This document shows, piece by piece, positions 39,202 through 39,643 of a stretch of DNA of 39,643 nt. The notes beneath the pieces were generated by a model. That model did no database searches and had not been told where the DNA came from. It saw nothing but the letters and a program-made list of their open reading frames with translations. This DNA comes from a phage. Made by a program: the position numbers and the translations under genes. Location: the sequence record PZ386960.1; one strand, 5' to 3'. How positions within the stretch are numbered: position 1 is the first letter of the stretch; each line of letters begins with the position of its first letter.

Positions 39202-39643
39202 ATGCTCAAGAATTTAAAGAGCTACGCCATAGTTGTGGCCTTTGCCTTGGGGATAACCCTTGCGTACAACCACGGCTACGACAAAGCTAACACCAAATGG
39301 GAACAGGAGGTACACAATGAGTACGTTAAGAAAGTTGAGGCGACTGCGGATAAACAAGCTGCTATCGACAAAATCTCACAGGAATACCAAGAAGACCTTG
39401 CGGCGATGGAAGGCAGCACTGATAGGGTCATTAATGATTTGCGTAACGATGGTAAGCGGCTGCGTGTCAAACTATCAGCCACCTCACGAGAACTCCAAGC
39501 TAACGGTGGATGCCTCGTTGATGGTAGAGCCGAACTTGACGAAGAGTTTAGTAAGCGTCTTATCGGAGTAACACAAAGAGGGGATGCGTGGATTAGAGCA
39601 CTCCAAGGTACAATCAGGGAAATGCAACATAAGGAGAAACATA
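39202..39643 (+). CDS. gp18.5: i-spanin (Rz-like), 3' end runs off the window
   Basis: GGAGGG SD; N-terminal TM helix; KWEQEVHNEYVKKVEA...QEYQEDLAAMEGSTDRVINDLR matches T7 gp18.5. No stop before the window end; the frame would terminate a few codons into position 1 if circularised. Confidence 0.85.
   Translation, partial: MLKNLKSYAIVVAFALGITLAYNHGYDKANTKWEQEVHNEYVKKVEATADKQAAIDKISQEYQEDLAAMEGSTDRVINDLRNDGKRLRVKLSATSRELQANGGCLVDGRAELDEEFSKRLIGVTQRGDAWIRALQGTIREMQHKEKH
39317..39571 (+). CDS. gp18.7: o-spanin (Rz1-like lipoprotein) embedded in gene 18.5 in the +1 frame
   Basis: 84 aa; AGGAGG 6 nt upstream; MSTLRKLRRLR...WKAALIGSLMICVTMVSGC (lipobox Cys)...SLMVEPNLT resembles T7 gp18.7. Confidence 0.8.
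   Translation: MSTLRKLRRLRINKLLSTKSHRNTKKTLRRWKAALIGSLMICVTMVSGCVSNYQPPHENSKLTVDASLMVEPNLTKSLVSVLSE

Overview
The window is essentially a complete genome (39,643 bp) of a T7/T3-like podophage (Autographiviridae, Studiervirinae-type), circularly permuted so that it opens at the terminase large-subunit gene (gp19) and closes inside the spanin gene 18.5. All supported genes are on the + strand in canonical T7 order: right end and terminal-repeat junction, left-end early promoters, 0.3, 0.7, 1, 1.1, 1.2, 1.3, 1.6, 1.7, 1.8, 2, 2.5, 3, 3.5, 4, 4.3, 4.5, 4.7, 5, 5.5, 5.7, 5.9, 6, 6.5, 6.7, 7.3, 8 to 17, 17.5, 18, 18.5/18.7. I found 17 T7-type phage RNA polymerase promoters (TAATACGACTCACTAWT-GGGA), three sigma70-type early promoters, TE- and Tphi-like terminators, and four RNase III-type processing hairpins. 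The genome is mosaic: a T3-type SAM-cleaving 0.3 gene sits with a T7-type RNAP and promoter set. The most interesting elements are (i) a tail fibre whose distal tip is replaced and is followed by a lambdoid/Mu-type tail-fibre assembly chaperone (Tfa) gene not present in T7, (ii) an uncharacterised 185-aa membrane-anchored coiled-coil protein inserted between gene 1 and gene 1.1, and (iii) an HNH endonuclease between 2.5 and 3. No tRNA, CRISPR array or integrase was seen. All homology statements come from reading the supplied translations against recalled T7/T3 proteins; no database search was run, and hand-counted coordinates may be off by a few bases.
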